The position numbers were made by a program, and so were the translations under genes. The notes below the pieces were generated by a model. The model was not told the DNA's origin, ran no database searches, and saw nothing but the letters and a program-made list of their open reading frames with translations. Shown here piece after piece: positions 47,643 through 58,233 of a DNA stretch of 64,000 nt (positions within the stretch are counted from its first letter, which is position 1; each line of letters opens with the position of its first letter). The stretch spans positions 79,237 through 143,236 of the forward strand of contig JADFXX010000004.1 in NCBI GenBank assembly GCA_015233335.1, given 5' to 3'. This DNA comes from Candidatus Omnitrophota bacterium. GTDB lineage: Bacteria; Omnitrophota; Gorgyraeia; Zapsychrales; Fredricksoniimonadaceae.

Positions 47643-48041
47643 TTACTCTCCTTTGGGGGCTCCCTGATCTTCCGATTGCCCTTGCTCCCTCATGCCGGGG
47701 CCTTCTTCACCTTCTTGTTGTTCCTGCGATGACATCTTCCGACGATTTGGCATGCAGGCAAAATATTTCTGGTCCGGTGTAGAATGACAAATTCCGGATC
47801 TTGTCCCGCGAGGAGTAGTCATTTCACAAGCATCCCCTTGGGCCTTATCTGTACAAGCGTCAATAGCAAATTGTGGCGGAATTCTTGGGGGACCGCTTCG
47901 CTGTTTTTCCATATCTGGGCCACCCTGGCCCACTTGCTCTCCCTGTGAAGGCATATTGTTTTGGTCCATGGCATCTTGGGCTAAAAGAGTGCCTGCAAAC
48001 AAGAACAAAAATAAAACCACCCCTAAGCTTTTCTTAATCAT
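47643..48041 (-). CDS. Secreted low-complexity protein with 4 Cys, unknown function
   Basis: 132 aa with signal peptide ...GTLLAQD. The core is CTDKAQGDACEMTTPRGTRSGICHSTPDQKYFAC, flanked by Q/G/E-rich tails. Confidence 0.45.
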   Translation of the reverse strand: MIKKSLGVVLFLFLFAGTLLAQDAMDQNNMPSQGEQVGQGGPDMEKQRSGPPRIPPQFAIDACTDKAQGDACEMTTPRGTRSGICHSTPDQKYFACMPNRRKMSSQEQQEGEEGPGMREQGQSEDQGAPKGE

Positions 48042-48053
48042 TGGTTCCCCCCA

Positions 48054-51000
48054 TTATTTTTTTCCCCATTTCAATATGGCAGCTTTTAAAAAACCCGGAT
48101 CGATAGGCTTGATCAAAAAATCATTAACTCCCGCCCCAAAAGCATGTCCCCGGTCTTCCTTCATGACAGCTGCAGTCAGGGCAATGATGGGAAGGTCCTG
48201 ACCAAACTCACGGCGGATAGTCCTCGTGGCCTCAAGCCCGTCCATTTCCGGCATCTGCATATCCATAAGGCACACATCATAAATATTTGTCCGGACCTTC
48301 TCAACAGCCTCTCGTCCATTCCAAGCGTGCTCACCGATACAGCCGAACATATCAAAATAGACCTTTAAAAGCTCCCAATTTGTCGAATTGTCCTCTGCGA
48401 CCAGCACACGGATACCTTTCAGAGAAAGCTCTTCTGCCGTATGGCGCGTGACAATCTCTTTTTTATCAATGCGCTTGTCCCCCAGCATTGTACATAGCAC
48501 ATCGATCACTTCTCGTCTTAAGGCAGGCTTCGCTAAATAAGCATCAAATCCGGCATCCTTCGCTTCTTTAGCTGTTCCGGGCCGGGCATCAGATGTCAGC
48601 GCAAGGATCTTGGTTGCACTAAACCGTTTCTGCTGACGCAATTTTCGCACCAGCTCCATTCCGCTCATATCCGGCATCATAATATCCGAAATAATGATAT
48701 CCGGCACATCCCCGTCAGATGCCAGCCGGTTAAAGCATTCTTTGGCCCCTTGATCCAAAAACACCACCTTCATCCCCGCTCCTTCACAATAAGCCTGAAG
48801 GATCTCACGTGCACGCTCGTTATCATCAACGATCCCAACCGTCTTGCCATTTAAAACTCCCTCATCCAGCACCGAAATCCCCTCAGACGGCTGGTCTTGG
48901 GCCTTTTGAAGCACAATGGATGCAATAAACTCCGAACCTTTCCCGGGCTCAGATCGAATTTCGATCTCCCCTCCCATTTTCTCGGCAAAGGCCTTGGAGA
49001 TCATCAGTCCCAAACCGGTTCCCCCAAATCTTCTCGTGATTGAAGTGTCCACCTGGACAAAAGACTGGAACAATTTGGCCTTATCTGCCTGCGCTATCCC
49101 AATGCCGGTGTCCTTGACTGAAATCATAATCTTCTCATACCCGTCAGGAATAGCGCCCCCTCTGGCCGGACTGATATGGACCTCTACAAAACCTTTATCT
49201 GTAAATTTAACGGCATTATTAACAAGGTTAAGGATAATTTGTCTTATCCTCGTCGGATCACCGACAAACTGACGGGACATCCCTTTCTCAAAAGAAAACA
49301 AAAGGTCTATATTCTTCTCCCGTGCCTTAGGATAAAGCATTTTCGCCAAGTCCCCTGCCAGATATTCAAGGTCAAAATTGATGGATTCAAGCTCAATCTT
49401 TCCCGCTTCAATTTTGGAAACGTCCAGAATATCATTGATCAATACCAAAAGAAGCTGTCCGCTGGATTTGACGGTTTCAAGATATTTTCTCTGCCTATCA
49501 TCAAGTTTGGTCTCCTGCAGCAAATTTGAAAATCCCAAGATCGCGTTCATAGGAGTACGGATCTCATGGCTCATATTGGCCAAAAATTGGCTCTTGGCAA
49601 CAGTCGCCGCATTGGCCCGATCCGTAGCTTGCTCAAGAGCTTCATTAGTTTTTAAAAGACTCTCCTTTTCCCTGTATAATTCCTCTGTCCGCGATTTGAC
49701 CAACTTTTCAGCTTGATACCGGGCAATCACCATAAAATTTAAAAAACTGGCGATTAACCCCGTTAAGAAAAAACCGATCGGGAGTACCCACCAATAAAAA
49801 TGGGATAAATTTCTTTCAACAAAAGTAGTGCTTGGCACCATAGTCACCTGCCATTGACGCTCAGGAATATCTAGGGGCATAACATATTTCAAAACAGGAT
49901 GGTCCCAATCAATAACTCCGTCCCTGACCTTATGCCGGTATAAAATCTGCCTGTCCGCTGGTGCCGTACGGTCTTCGATGAGACACGCCAAACCCTCCGG
50001 AGGCATTTTAGAATAAATCTCTTTAAAAAAATCATCCGCACTATAAACCGCAAGGACAAACCCTTTCAAATTCATACGGCGCTGTTGGAGTGTCCGTATG
50101 GGCTGGTCCTTCGCATACACAGGCATGAAAAACAGGACACCTGTTTTTTTCCTGCCCTGCTGAAGAAGCTCCAGCGGTGCTGTGACCACAAGATGGGCAG
50201 AATCCCGGCATTTTTCCATAGCAGCTCGCCGGAGGGCCTCAGAGGCAAGGTCATAGCCCAGCGCCGCCTCATTGTCCTTGAACGGTTCTAAGTAATAAAC
50301 CGGGAAGTATTCATCCCTATCCACAACAGGTCTTTTCATGCCTGCGGCGTCCTTTTCAAAAATCTTAAACCCCTCCATGCCGTCCTGCCTTGCACTGCTC
50401 TCATAAAAAATACGGTCCGCCCGGGCAATCCGGGGGACCCATTCAAACGCGCGGATGGGAACATCCCCAAGAAGCGGCAACACATACTGGCTGAATTCTT
50501 GGCGATCCACATCTTGTTTAACATCCATTAACCGGCGCACCTCATCTAAACGTTCGATCTGATGCTCCAGCTCTTGAGAAACATTTTGAACACGTGTGAC
50601 AGCTCTTTGAAAGAAAGTTGTTCTAAACACATCTTGTGCATTGGACTGCAGCTCAAGAAAAAGAATAACAGTCAAAGTCAGTCCTACCCCTCCAATAAGC
50701 ACTGCCATCCCCCATTGAACCAACATGTCTGGTTTTGCGCCTTCCCGAGCGTGGTACATAGCCGCCAAAAATCTTCGCCAGTAGGTAAATCCAAAAAGGA
50801 TCCCTATACAAAAGATTCCCAAGGGCACTATTCCTTTAAGTCTTCCGACCGCAACCTCAAGTTCAAAATTATGTGCATTCTGGTCAATCCCCAAGACAGC
50901 GATCAATTCGCCGGTATGGGTATCATGAAAAGGAACAAAAGACGAAACCCATCTTCCCCATCGATCTGTATAAGGAACGCCCGTTATCCCTTTCCCTGCG

Positions 51001-52094
51001 CTAAACACATCTTTAAGTTGCACCGGAGCCTCGTCATATACCTGCCCCGGCGGCGACTCATCTTTACTGCCCTGCATCTCAGAATCCGCTAAAAATATGA
51101 TTTTCCCTTCAACCTTACGCAGGAAATAAATGAACCGGACAGAGGGCATCACTTGACGCAGGTGCTGAAGGCGGGACTTTAATATCTGATAGGAAGGATT
51201 GTTGACATCAGCATCTGTCCCTGATAAATCTTTGATCACTCCTGGCTCCACGGTCATAAGCACCTGATAAGCATCGCTTAAAAGTTGTGCACGATTAAAA
51301 GAAGCCTGTCTTTGTCCCCATTGGTTTGTCCAGAACCACCCAGCTGTAAGAAGAGCTATAAGCAGCAGGAGTAAGCCTACGATCGAAACTCTGACTTGGC
51401 GCAATGCATGGGGAGCATTACTTATCGCATAGCGCTCCTCGTTGTAATACCAAACCATAACCCCGATACCGCACGCCGTAAAAGCACGCAATACCTGAAC
51501 AGGGAATCCGGTAAAATTTAAAAACGTGTCGTGATTGATCATGCCGGCGAGCAGCACTGGGGCCTTGGGCACAATGAACCCGGCAGCAACGGCATATACG
51601 GCCATCGCCACTGCTGCCGGGGCCATGCTCCAACCGGCCATCTCCTTGTGCCGGGATAAATGCCAAAGTCCCAGCGCCGCCAATAGTCCGCCTTCAAATC
51701 CAAAAGAATAGCGGATCGTTGCATTCAGAGCGTTCGTCCCTTCAGATACTTCTAAAAAAACTGCCAAAAATAACGGAAGGTAGATCCAAAGACCAATCCT
51801 CATATATTTTAAAAACACGCATAGAGAACGTCCGAATTCAAAAAGGCATACAAACGACACTCCCATAATGACCAGACGGACCCATTTAAACTGGTCCGTG
51901 TCTCCAAGGCTCAAGGCCAGCATATCCAGCCATTCATTGACCCCATGGATCAGACCAAAAGCTCCCAGCCAATACCAAAAATTTTGTGTCTTATTATTTT
52001 TATGAAGGGCACCGCATACTGCAGCAAGCAAGACAAAAGCAAGGCCGTAGATAAAAAAAACATAATCCATCTGCCCCAAAAAGAATTCTCGCAT
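48054..52094 (-). CDS. Hybrid sensor histidine kinase: multi-TM N-domain, CHASE, HisKA/HATPase, two receiver domains
   Basis: 1346 aa. The CHASE-like segment is [21 protein letters not shown]. The H-box is SHEIRTPMN, followed by G-boxes. The two REC domains are VGIVDDNE...[11 protein letters not shown] and VLVAEDNS...[11 protein letters not shown]. Confidence 0.9.
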   Translation of the reverse strand: MREFFLGQMDYVFFIYGLAFVLLAAVCGALHKNNKTQNFWYWLGAFGLIHGVNEWLDMLALSLGDTDQFKWVRLVIMGVSFVCLFEFGRSLCVFLKYMRIGLWIYLPLFLAVFLEVSEGTNALNATIRYSFGFEGGLLAALGLWHLSRHKEMAGWSMAPAAVAMAVYAVAAGFIVPKAPVLLAGMINHDTFLNFTGFPVQVLRAFTACGIGVMVWYYNEERYAISNAPHALRQVRVSIVGLLLLLIALLTAGWFWTNQWGQRQASFNRAQLLSDAYQVLMTVEPGVIKDLSGTDADVNNPSYQILKSRLQHLRQVMPSVRFIYFLRKVEGKIIFLADSEMQGSKDESPPGQVYDEAPVQLKDVFSAGKGITGVPYTDRWGRWVSSFVPFHDTHTGELIAVLGIDQNAHNFELEVAVGRLKGIVPLGIFCIGILFGFTYWRRFLAAMYHAREGAKPDMLVQWGMAVLIGGVGLTLTVILFLELQSNAQDVFRTTFFQRAVTRVQNVSQELEHQIERLDEVRRLMDVKQDVDRQEFSQYVLPLLGDVPIRAFEWVPRIARADRIFYESSARQDGMEGFKIFEKDAAGMKRPVVDRDEYFPVYYLEPFKDNEAALGYDLASEALRRAAMEKCRDSAHLVVTAPLELLQQGRKKTGVLFFMPVYAKDQPIRTLQQRRMNLKGFVLAVYSADDFFKEIYSKMPPEGLACLIEDRTAPADRQILYRHKVRDGVIDWDHPVLKYVMPLDIPERQWQVTMVPSTTFVERNLSHFYWWVLPIGFFLTGLIASFLNFMVIARYQAEKLVKSRTEELYREKESLLKTNEALEQATDRANAATVAKSQFLANMSHEIRTPMNAILGFSNLLQETKLDDRQRKYLETVKSSGQLLLVLINDILDVSKIEAGKIELESINFDLEYLAGDLAKMLYPKAREKNIDLLFSFEKGMSRQFVGDPTRIRQIILNLVNNAVKFTDKGFVEVHISPARGGAIPDGYEKIMISVKDTGIGIAQADKAKLFQSFVQVDTSITRRFGGTGLGLMISKAFAEKMGGEIEIRSEPGKGSEFIASIVLQKAQDQPSEGISVLDEGVLNGKTVGIVDDNERAREILQAYCEGAGMKVVFLDQGAKECFNRLASDGDVPDIIISDIMMPDMSGMELVRKLRQQKRFSATKILALTSDARPGTAKEAKDAGFDAYLAKPALRREVIDVLCTMLGDKRIDKKEIVTRHTAEELSLKGIRVLVAEDNSTNWELLKVYFDMFGCIGEHAWNGREAVEKVRTNIYDVCLMDMQMPEMDGLEATRTIRREFGQDLPIIALTAAVMKEDRGHAFGAGVNDFLIKPIDPGFLKAAILKWGKK

Positions 52095-52125
52095 CGATTA
52101 ACACTCCTCGTAATACTACAAAATT

Positions 52126-53244
52126 TCAACCCCGCGGATATTTTTCCAAAGCTGATGCTTTCTCTTCAAACCCCTCAATAAAATTCTTATCGGACACATC
52201 AATGCCCAGCATTTGCGCCCTTTGACGGTTGGCCAAAATTTTGCCTCGCTGGGGAATTAAACAAGGAATATCCGCAGGGCTTTTCTTTTGATGAATAACC
52301 ATATCTGCCAACCTGACAACCTCATACCCCTGTTTATAGGCAGAATCATCTGCCGCTAAAAGATACCCTTCTTTGAGCATTTGCCTTTCCCATGTCATAT
52401 CCGGCTTCTTAATATTCTGCAAATACCATGCCGTCACTTTTAAGGGATCCGCCGAAGCGCCCGTTTCATCCTTAAGCGTATTATGGTTGACTATTAAAAA
52501 AGCGTCGACACTCTTTTGAAGCCTCAAGGCCGCGTCCTGCCACTCTGAAAACGAATTAGCATAGACGATCTCGGTAAGTTTCAAGGGGGATTTACCTGTT
52601 TCTTCATACCGGACAACTCCCCGGATCTTCCCCTTACTGGTCTCGGAATTATCAGCAAGTATCGCGAAAGTTTTAGCTTGCGGGACCAGTTTGGAAAAGT
52701 TTTCTATCGTGTCTTGAGGATAACCCGGCTTTAAAATACCTGTAATATTATGCCCCGGATGTTCAAGTGAATCAGCCAAACCGTATTTCACAGGAGATTC
52801 AATGATCCCTCTAAAGACAACAGGGGTCTTAGTATCAACAAAATTACTGCCAATATAATTTGACGCATTATCATCACCGACGACAATCAGGTCCGGCTTA
52901 AATTCATTGATCTGTTTTAAGATTTCCCTGGTGGCCTCCTTGAGATCATTTTTTATATTTTTCCTTTTACTGTCCATCCATACTTTTTTAAGAACAATGT
53001 GATCAGTTTCGACAAAATCAAGGCTTGTATATATATCCGCCTGGTCCTTACTGTCCAAAAATTTAAAATCCAGCATCGCCGCACAAAATCCTTCGTTCAC
53101 CTCTTGTTCCCAAACATATTCTCTGTGATAGCTATTAACGACAAATATCCGCAATTTTTGAGAATCTCCGTAAGTTTGGGGAAGCAGGCCCATTAAAAAA
53201 AACAGCACAACACACATGCCAAACAGAATTCTTTGCATTGCCAT
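52126..53244 (-). CDS. Periplasmic substrate-binding-like protein (ABC_sub_bind-type), likely partner of the adjacent kinase
   Basis: 372 aa with a signal peptide. The organisation resembles a sugar/nucleoside-type binding fold. It lies 31 nt upstream of the hybrid kinase. Confidence 0.6.
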   Translation of the reverse strand: MAMQRILFGMCVVLFFLMGLLPQTYGDSQKLRIFVVNSYHREYVWEQEVNEGFCAAMLDFKFLDSKDQADIYTSLDFVETDHIVLKKVWMDSKRKNIKNDLKEATREILKQINEFKPDLIVVGDDNASNYIGSNFVDTKTPVVFRGIIESPVKYGLADSLEHPGHNITGILKPGYPQDTIENFSKLVPQAKTFAILADNSETSKGKIRGVVRYEETGKSPLKLTEIVYANSFSEWQDAALRLQKSVDAFLIVNHNTLKDETGASADPLKVTAWYLQNIKKPDMTWERQMLKEGYLLAADDSAYKQGYEVVRLADMVIHQKKSPADIPCLIPQRGKILANRQRAQMLGIDVSDKNFIEGFEEKASALEKYPRG

Positions 53245-53380
53245 CCTCCTGATAAAAACACAGCACCAATTCTTTACATTCTAATGTTTATTCTGTGAGC
53301 ATTCCATACAAAAAAAATTGAAAATTACTAGAAAAAACTTGGCAGCTCTTGTTAGAATGATGCTTAATGAAAGGACATTT

Positions 53381-53914
53381 ATGGACACTCTAAAATTTAT
53401 TTTGGAACGAAGGAGTATTCGAAGGTATACCAAGGCCCCTGTTTCCCGGGAAATCCTGTTAAAACTGGCAAAAGCGGGAATGTCGGCCCCCAGCTCGCGT
53501 GATACGCGTCATTTTCGGTTTATCATCGTAGATGATCCACTACTGATCGATCGGCTTGGGACAGAATTACCTTATTCCAAGATGCTTTTAACGGCAAGAC
53601 ACGCCATCGTTGTGGCCAGTGATTTAAGTGTGGCCCACGGAGGATCTTCAACGGACTATTGGGTGCAGGATTGTTCAGCAGCTGCGGAGAATATTCTAAT
53701 CGCGGCCAAAGCCTTGAATTTAGGCGCCTGTTGGACCGCGGCCCATCCAAGACAGGACCGGGTCGCGATCGTCAAAAAAATACTCTGCCTGCCGGAAGGC
53801 ATAAGTCCGCTATGCGTGATCGCAGTCGGTGTCCCGACAGGAGATGACAGGCCCCGCGATAAATTCAATTCTACTCATGTCCATTTCAACCAATGGGACG
53901 GGTCCGGGCAATAG
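53381..53914 (+). CDS. Nitroreductase family protein
   Basis: ATG at 53381 with AAGGA upstream. ILERRSIRRYT and SAPSSRDTRHFRF are nitroreductase signatures. Confidence 0.85.
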   Translation: MDTLKFILERRSIRRYTKAPVSREILLKLAKAGMSAPSSRDTRHFRFIIVDDPLLIDRLGTELPYSKMLLTARHAIVVASDLSVAHGGSSTDYWVQDCSAAAENILIAAKALNLGACWTAAHPRQDRVAIVKKILCLPEGISPLCVIAVGVPTGDDRPRDKFNSTHVHFNQWDGSGQ

Positions 53915-55637
53915 CAGCGTTATCCCCCGAGCTATGTCTACGAGTTCTCAGGCCGGGCTTAGTCACCGGCGAAAACTGAAAAGTTTTCACATATTCATCA
54001 TCATCGCTGTCCACATCCCCCTCGTTAAGGGAAATCAATGACAAAGGGACCGGCAGCCCTTGCAGGACGACATTACGGGCTAGGATATATTTTTCAGCAA
54101 AATGCCCATCCGTTTCTGCCGCCTTCCCTAGGCAATAAAGGGCGTTTGTAAAATCCCGCTTTAAGAAATAGACAGAACTCAAACCATTCCAAGCGCTGCT
54201 ATTAAATGGATTAAGGGCCAAGGCACGCTGATAAAACTGTTGGGAAAGTCCATAATCTTTCTGACGAAACAAATTATCAGCTAAAGAGTAATAAGTTTCA
54301 GAGACATCCGGTTCTTTTAAATTTAACGGGTTTATAAAAGATGCCAGAACACAGGCTAAGAACACCCCGACCACTTTCACCAATTTGGATTTATCCCGTG
54401 TTTTGACGGCTTCATATAAAGTAGAAACAAAAAAAGCGGCATAGAACATCACAAAAGGAATAATAGGCACAAGATAACGCGTTTTAGCCGGAAAAAATAT
54501 AGACATCACAGACGATAATAAAAAAAGGTTCAGCAGTTGATAGCGCTCTCTTAATTTCCAAGCCGCGAAAAAACCCGAAATAGCAAAAACAAATATGACT
54601 GAGGTGGACAAAAATTGCAGTGAGGTCGGCACGACAAAGAAATTCCTGAAGTAAACATCCTCAGAGCGCAAAAATTCACGGCCGGTCAAAAAAGACCAGA
54701 CCTTCCCAAAAATAAGCCTAGCCCAGGAAAACGGATGTTCCTCTATTTTCTCAAACGTCTTTTGGAAGTAAAAATTATTGACCTGGGATTCTGTCAAAGC
54801 ATTGTTGTGCAGTTCCCGGTAAGGCATGGTAATAAAATTTTGCCACAGACGGCCTCCCTCAACAAAAATATTCGACCCATAAGAATCAGGGTCATTCCCC
54901 AGATACAAATTAGAAGCAACTTGGGAGCGCAGCGTCCACGAGCCTGAAATTTCGTGATTTCGAAATAAAACCGGAGCTAAAACAAGCGCCACCGTCAGTA
55001 TAAAAGCCCCATAATGGCACAATGCGCGTTTGTGGCTCTGATCTTGCCTCCAAATCCATAATAGGATAAGCCCGGCAAAAAGGCTAAGATCCGGACGGCA
55101 CAGTAATGATGCCCCAAACAAAAATCCTCCTAAAAGATATTTCTTCAACGAATCTTTAGCTACGATCAGATCATAGATCAAGGCGATATTGATCGTCATG
55201 GCCAGGCATTCGCTAAACAAAAAGACCTGTGTATAGATCATAAACCAATAGAACGTCATGAACCCCGCACAGACAAGAGCAGCAAGAGGATTCGCAAGTC
55301 TTAAGGTCAACAAATACATCAAACATGCGCTCAAAGCCCCCAAAAGACATTGAACAATCACCACCGCGTTTATGTGAAACCCGAAAATTTGGTAAATGAC
55401 CGCCATAAAATAAGGATACAGAGGGGTATGATGAAAGGGTATATGGCCCGCAAGCCCGGGCCAAAACCAATCGTGCCGCTTGATCCAGAATGCCAGAAAA
55501 TTAAATTCTTGGGGGTCACTGCTGGGCAGGTGAAAAACAAGATCATTTTGAAGTCTGGCAAGAAACCAAAGCCGCAGGCCCAGCGCCGTAACAAAAATGA
55601 TCAGGAGAGCAGCTTTATGTTTTTTTAACATATGCAC
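53886..55637 (-). CDS. Glycosyltransferase family 39 (ArnT/PMT-like) membrane protein with C-terminal TPR-like region
   Basis: 583 aa. The N-terminal segment (about aa 1-440) is polytopic. The C-terminal repeats are TPR-like (YYSLADNLFRQKDYGLSQQFYQRALALNP...). Confidence 0.7.
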   Translation of the reverse strand: MHMLKKHKAALLIIFVTALGLRLWFLARLQNDLVFHLPSSDPQEFNFLAFWIKRHDWFWPGLAGHIPFHHTPLYPYFMAVIYQIFGFHINAVVIVQCLLGALSACLMYLLTLRLANPLAALVCAGFMTFYWFMIYTQVFLFSECLAMTINIALIYDLIVAKDSLKKYLLGGFLFGASLLCRPDLSLFAGLILLWIWRQDQSHKRALCHYGAFILTVALVLAPVLFRNHEISGSWTLRSQVASNLYLGNDPDSYGSNIFVEGGRLWQNFITMPYRELHNNALTESQVNNFYFQKTFEKIEEHPFSWARLIFGKVWSFLTGREFLRSEDVYFRNFFVVPTSLQFLSTSVIFVFAISGFFAAWKLRERYQLLNLFLLSSVMSIFFPAKTRYLVPIIPFVMFYAAFFVSTLYEAVKTRDKSKLVKVVGVFLACVLASFINPLNLKEPDVSETYYSLADNLFRQKDYGLSQQFYQRALALNPFNSSAWNGLSSVYFLKRDFTNALYCLGKAAETDGHFAEKYILARNVVLQGLPVPLSLISLNEGDVDSDDDEYVKTFQFSPVTKPGLRTRRHSSGDNAAIARTRPIG

Positions 55638-55641
55638 CGGG

Positions 55642-56241
55642 TCATTTTTTGGATGGTACGCCGCCTTTAATCTTTTTTAACAGCCACGTCATATTCTCAC
55701 CCAAGACCTTCATTGTCTGCAGCCCTTCTTCATCTTGGGCCACATCCCCAACCTCCCGGCCAAAAGCAAAGTTCCAATAGTTTGAACCAACCACGATCAT
55801 CTCAGAAATAGTAAAAAAATGATTGATCGTGTCAAAAGCATGGATGGCGCCGCCGCGCCTCTGAGCTATGACCGCGGCACCTACCTTACGTTTTAAAAAA
55901 CTGCCATTGGCTCTGGAAACAAGGCAAGTACGGTCGATCAGCGCTTTCATTTCAGAGGAAACATCTGTCACATAAACCGGCGAACCGAGAATGATCCCGT
56001 CCGCTGTGATCATTTGATCGATACACTCATTGACGATATCCTCTTCAAAAGAGCAGTGATTGTTCTTTTTGCTGGAACATTTATAACAAGCCCTGCAGCC
56101 GCGGACAGTATGCCCTGCCAGTTGAACTTGCTGGCACTCGATACCCGCTTGCCTTAAAGGCTCAAAGACCTTATCAATTAAAATAGAAGTATTCCCGTTT
56201 TTTCTCGCACTTCCATTAATGGCAACAACTTTCATAACCAT
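55642..56241 (-). CDS. Flavodoxin-fold NADPH-dependent FMN reductase / iron-sulfur flavoprotein-like
   Basis: 199 aa. The N-terminus is VVAINGSARKNGNTS. A Cys cluster, CRACYKC...C, follows. Confidence 0.78.
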   Translation of the reverse strand: MVMKVVAINGSARKNGNTSILIDKVFEPLRQAGIECQQVQLAGHTVRGCRACYKCSSKKNNHCSFEEDIVNECIDQMITADGIILGSPVYVTDVSSEMKALIDRTCLVSRANGSFLKRKVGAAVIAQRRGGAIHAFDTINHFFTISEMIVVGSNYWNFAFGREVGDVAQDEEGLQTMKVLGENMTWLLKKIKGGVPSKK

Positions 56242-56303
56242 GCCCTTTCTTTAAATTATTTAAAACCGTCCGCTAAGCTATTTCTTACAGCGGCCTGATT
56301 ATC

Positions 56304-56726
56304 TCATATTTTTAACCAGACCTCAATTCTCTGTTTGATCTCTTCTCTGACAGCCCTTGTCTTGACAATCTTCTCTTGCCGCGTCCCCTCAAATTTTGAT
56401 GGGTCAGCAAAACCCCAATGAAGCCTTTTAGCAATGCCGGGAAATGTGGGGCAACGCTCTGCGCTGGTTTCATCACAAACCGTAATAACATAATTATAGA
56501 TCTTGCCGCTCTTCATACAGTCAACGACCGCCCGTGTCTTTTTATCGGAAATATCGATCCCTATTTCTTTAAGGACCTCGACCACGATCGGATTCAATTT
56601 GCCCGGTTCAATACCAGCACTTTCAACCTCAAACTGATCCCCGGCTAACTGTCGCAACAATTCCTCAGCCATCTGACTGCGGGCTGAGTTATGAATACAA
56701 ACGAATAGGACCCTCTGCTTTGCCAT
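56304..56726 (-). CDS. arsC: Arsenate reductase, LMW-PTPase (thioredoxin-coupled) type
   Basis: 140 aa. The CX5R P-loop is VCIHNSARS. The two downstream Cys (VCDE, ERCP) match the Bacillus-type Cys10/82/89 triad. Confidence 0.9.
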   Translation of the reverse strand: MAKQRVLFVCIHNSARSQMAEELLRQLAGDQFEVESAGIEPGKLNPIVVEVLKEIGIDISDKKTRAVVDCMKSGKIYNYVITVCDETSAERCPTFPGIAKRLHWGFADPSKFEGTRQEKIVKTRAVREEIKQRIEVWLKI

Positions 56727-56729
56727 AAA

Positions 56730-57773
56730 TCACCACCGGATGTTTTTCTCAAGCGAACGGGCCACATTGACCAGACCGATCATGACCGGGACCTCGATGA
56801 GCGGGCCAATGACCGCGGCAAAAGCCACCCCTGAGTTGATCCCAAAAACAGCAATAGCGACCGCTATGGCCAATTCAAAGTTATTGCTTGCCGCCGTAAA
56901 CGATAAGGTGACCGTACGGCCGTAGTCAGCCCCTGCCTTGCGGCTCATAAAAAAAGAGATAAAAAACATCGCTGTGAAATAGAGCAATAAAGGGATCGCT
57001 ATGCGGACAACATCACCCGGGATCTTTACGATAAATTCACCCTTGAGTGAAAACATAACAAATATAGTAAAAAGCAGCGCAACTAAAGTGACGGGGCTGA
57101 TCCGGGGAATAAAGACCTTCTCATACCATTCCTTTCCCTTGAACCGCAAAAGAACAAACCTTGAGACCATTCCAGCAAAAAACGGGATACCAAGATAAAT
57201 GAACACACTCTTGGCTATCTGCATAATTGTTACATTCACCACAAAGCCCTTAAGACCAAACCACACGGGCAAAATCGTGATAAAGACCCAGGCATAGAGT
57301 GAAAAGAACAGCACTTGAAAGATCGCATTGAATGCCACAAGGCCGGCACAATATTCCCTGTCTCCGTCTGCCAGATCATTCCAGACAATCACCATCGCAA
57401 TACATCGTGCCAATCCGATCATAATAAGCCCGATCATATATTCAGGATCCCCGCGTAAAAAAACAATGGCCAATATAAACATCAATATGGGCCCGATTAT
57501 CCAGTTCTGAACAAGTGACAAAATAAGGATCTTATGGTCCTTAAAAACATCGTGCAATTCTTCATATTTAACTTTAGCCAAAGGAGGATACATCATCAGG
57601 ATAAGACCTGCGGCGATCGGCACATTGATTGTCCCTGACTGAAACTGATTCCAAAATCCAACGACTCCGGGAATAAAGAATCCGACACCCACTCCAAGGG
57701 CCATTGCCAGAAAGATCCATAATGTTAAGAATTGATCCAAAAAAGAAAGTTTCCTGCCTGTTAGTGCTGCCAT
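56730..57773 (-). CDS. acr3: Arsenite efflux permease, ACR3 family
   Basis: About 347 aa from the ATG at 57773, with 10 TM helices. [20 protein letters not shown] and [13 protein letters not shown] are ACR3-like. Confidence 0.9.
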   Translation of the reverse strand: MAALTGRKLSFLDQFLTLWIFLAMALGVGVGFFIPGVVGFWNQFQSGTINVPIAAGLILMMYPPLAKVKYEELHDVFKDHKILILSLVQNWIIGPILMFILAIVFLRGDPEYMIGLIMIGLARCIAMVIVWNDLADGDREYCAGLVAFNAIFQVLFFSLYAWVFITILPVWFGLKGFVVNVTIMQIAKSVFIYLGIPFFAGMVSRFVLLRFKGKEWYEKVFIPRISPVTLVALLFTIFVMFSLKGEFIVKIPGDVVRIAIPLLLYFTAMFFISFFMSRKAGADYGRTVTLSFTAASNNFELAIAVAIAVFGINSGVAFAAVIGPLIEVPVMIGLVNVARSLEKNIRW

Positions 57774-57774
57774 T

Positions 57775-58074
57775 TTATTCACCCTTAACGACCTTACAAC
57801 AACCACCTTCGATTTTTAATGTATTGATTTCAACTAAACACTGGGCAATTTTCCTTCTAGCTGATGAAATAATCCTTGATACAGTAGAGCGGTGAACGTG
57901 CATGTGCCGGGCTGTTTTGATCTGAGATAAGCCCTCATAGTCTAAAAGCCTTACAGCTTCAAATTCATCCAAAGTCAAAACAACAGCCCTCCTGAGAGAA
58001 TTGGGAGAATGCTGTGGCTTAAAAAGCCTTTCTATCGGGCTACATTGAACCCAGCGGGTTTTCTTTGGTCTCAT
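57775..58074 (-). CDS. DUF134 (UPF0251) putative DNA-binding protein with a C-terminal Cys-Cys extension
   Basis: 99 aa. [13 protein letters not shown]...FKP...[21 protein letters not shown]...[24 protein letters not shown]...KIEGG matches the DUF134 pattern and is followed by CCKVVKGE. This is the first gene of the ars operon. Confidence 0.75.
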   Translation of the reverse strand: MRPKKTRWVQCSPIERLFKPQHSPNSLRRAVVLTLDEFEAVRLLDYEGLSQIKTARHMHVHRSTVSRIISSARRKIAQCLVEINTLKIEGGCCKVVKGE

Positions 58075-58088
58075 TTCAATACCCTATT

Positions 58089-58104
58089 ATGCACATATGT
58101 GCAT
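58089..58104. promoter_or_regulatory. Perfect 16-bp palindrome ATGCACATATGTGCAT, candidate operator
   Basis: Read directly from the sequence. It overlaps the -10 hexamer and the predicted transcription start of the ars promoter. I saw it only once in the window. Confidence 0.5.
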
Positions 58105-58130
58105 TATAAGAATAAAAAAAAATTTGTCAA
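58103..58130 (-). promoter_or_regulatory. Near-consensus sigma-70 promoter of the DUF134-acr3-arsC operon
   Basis: The minus strand reads TTGACA (58130-58125), a 16-nt spacer, then TATAAT (58108-58103). Confidence 0.6.
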
Positions 58131-58233
58131 TTTAAAAGGATAGCCTGACCGACACTTATGCGTCCTCGCTGCTTAACGATGCGCCCCCGGCATTAACCTA
58201 GCCCGGGGGCGAAACATAATGAGCGTATGGATT

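Noticed and set aside
47591-47782. 63-aa ORF starting MSLRAKRSNL. It overlies the motif GTCATTGCGAGCGAAGCGAAGCAATC (47593-47618), and a shorter GTCATTGCGAGC occurs at 9045-9056 between kdpC and kdpD.
   Set aside because: The motif is a short intergenic hairpin-forming repeat (ATTGC...GCAAT), and the ORF overlaps the better-supported minus-strand secreted protein gene. I treat it as a small repeat motif, not a gene. Two occurrences are too few to say more.
58182-58211. GC-rich hairpin CGCCCCCGG, 12-nt loop, CCGGGGGCG, just downstream of the GST gene.
   Set aside because: It could be a transcript-stabilising or terminating hairpin, but no U-tract follows on the minus strand, so I do not call it a rho-independent terminator.
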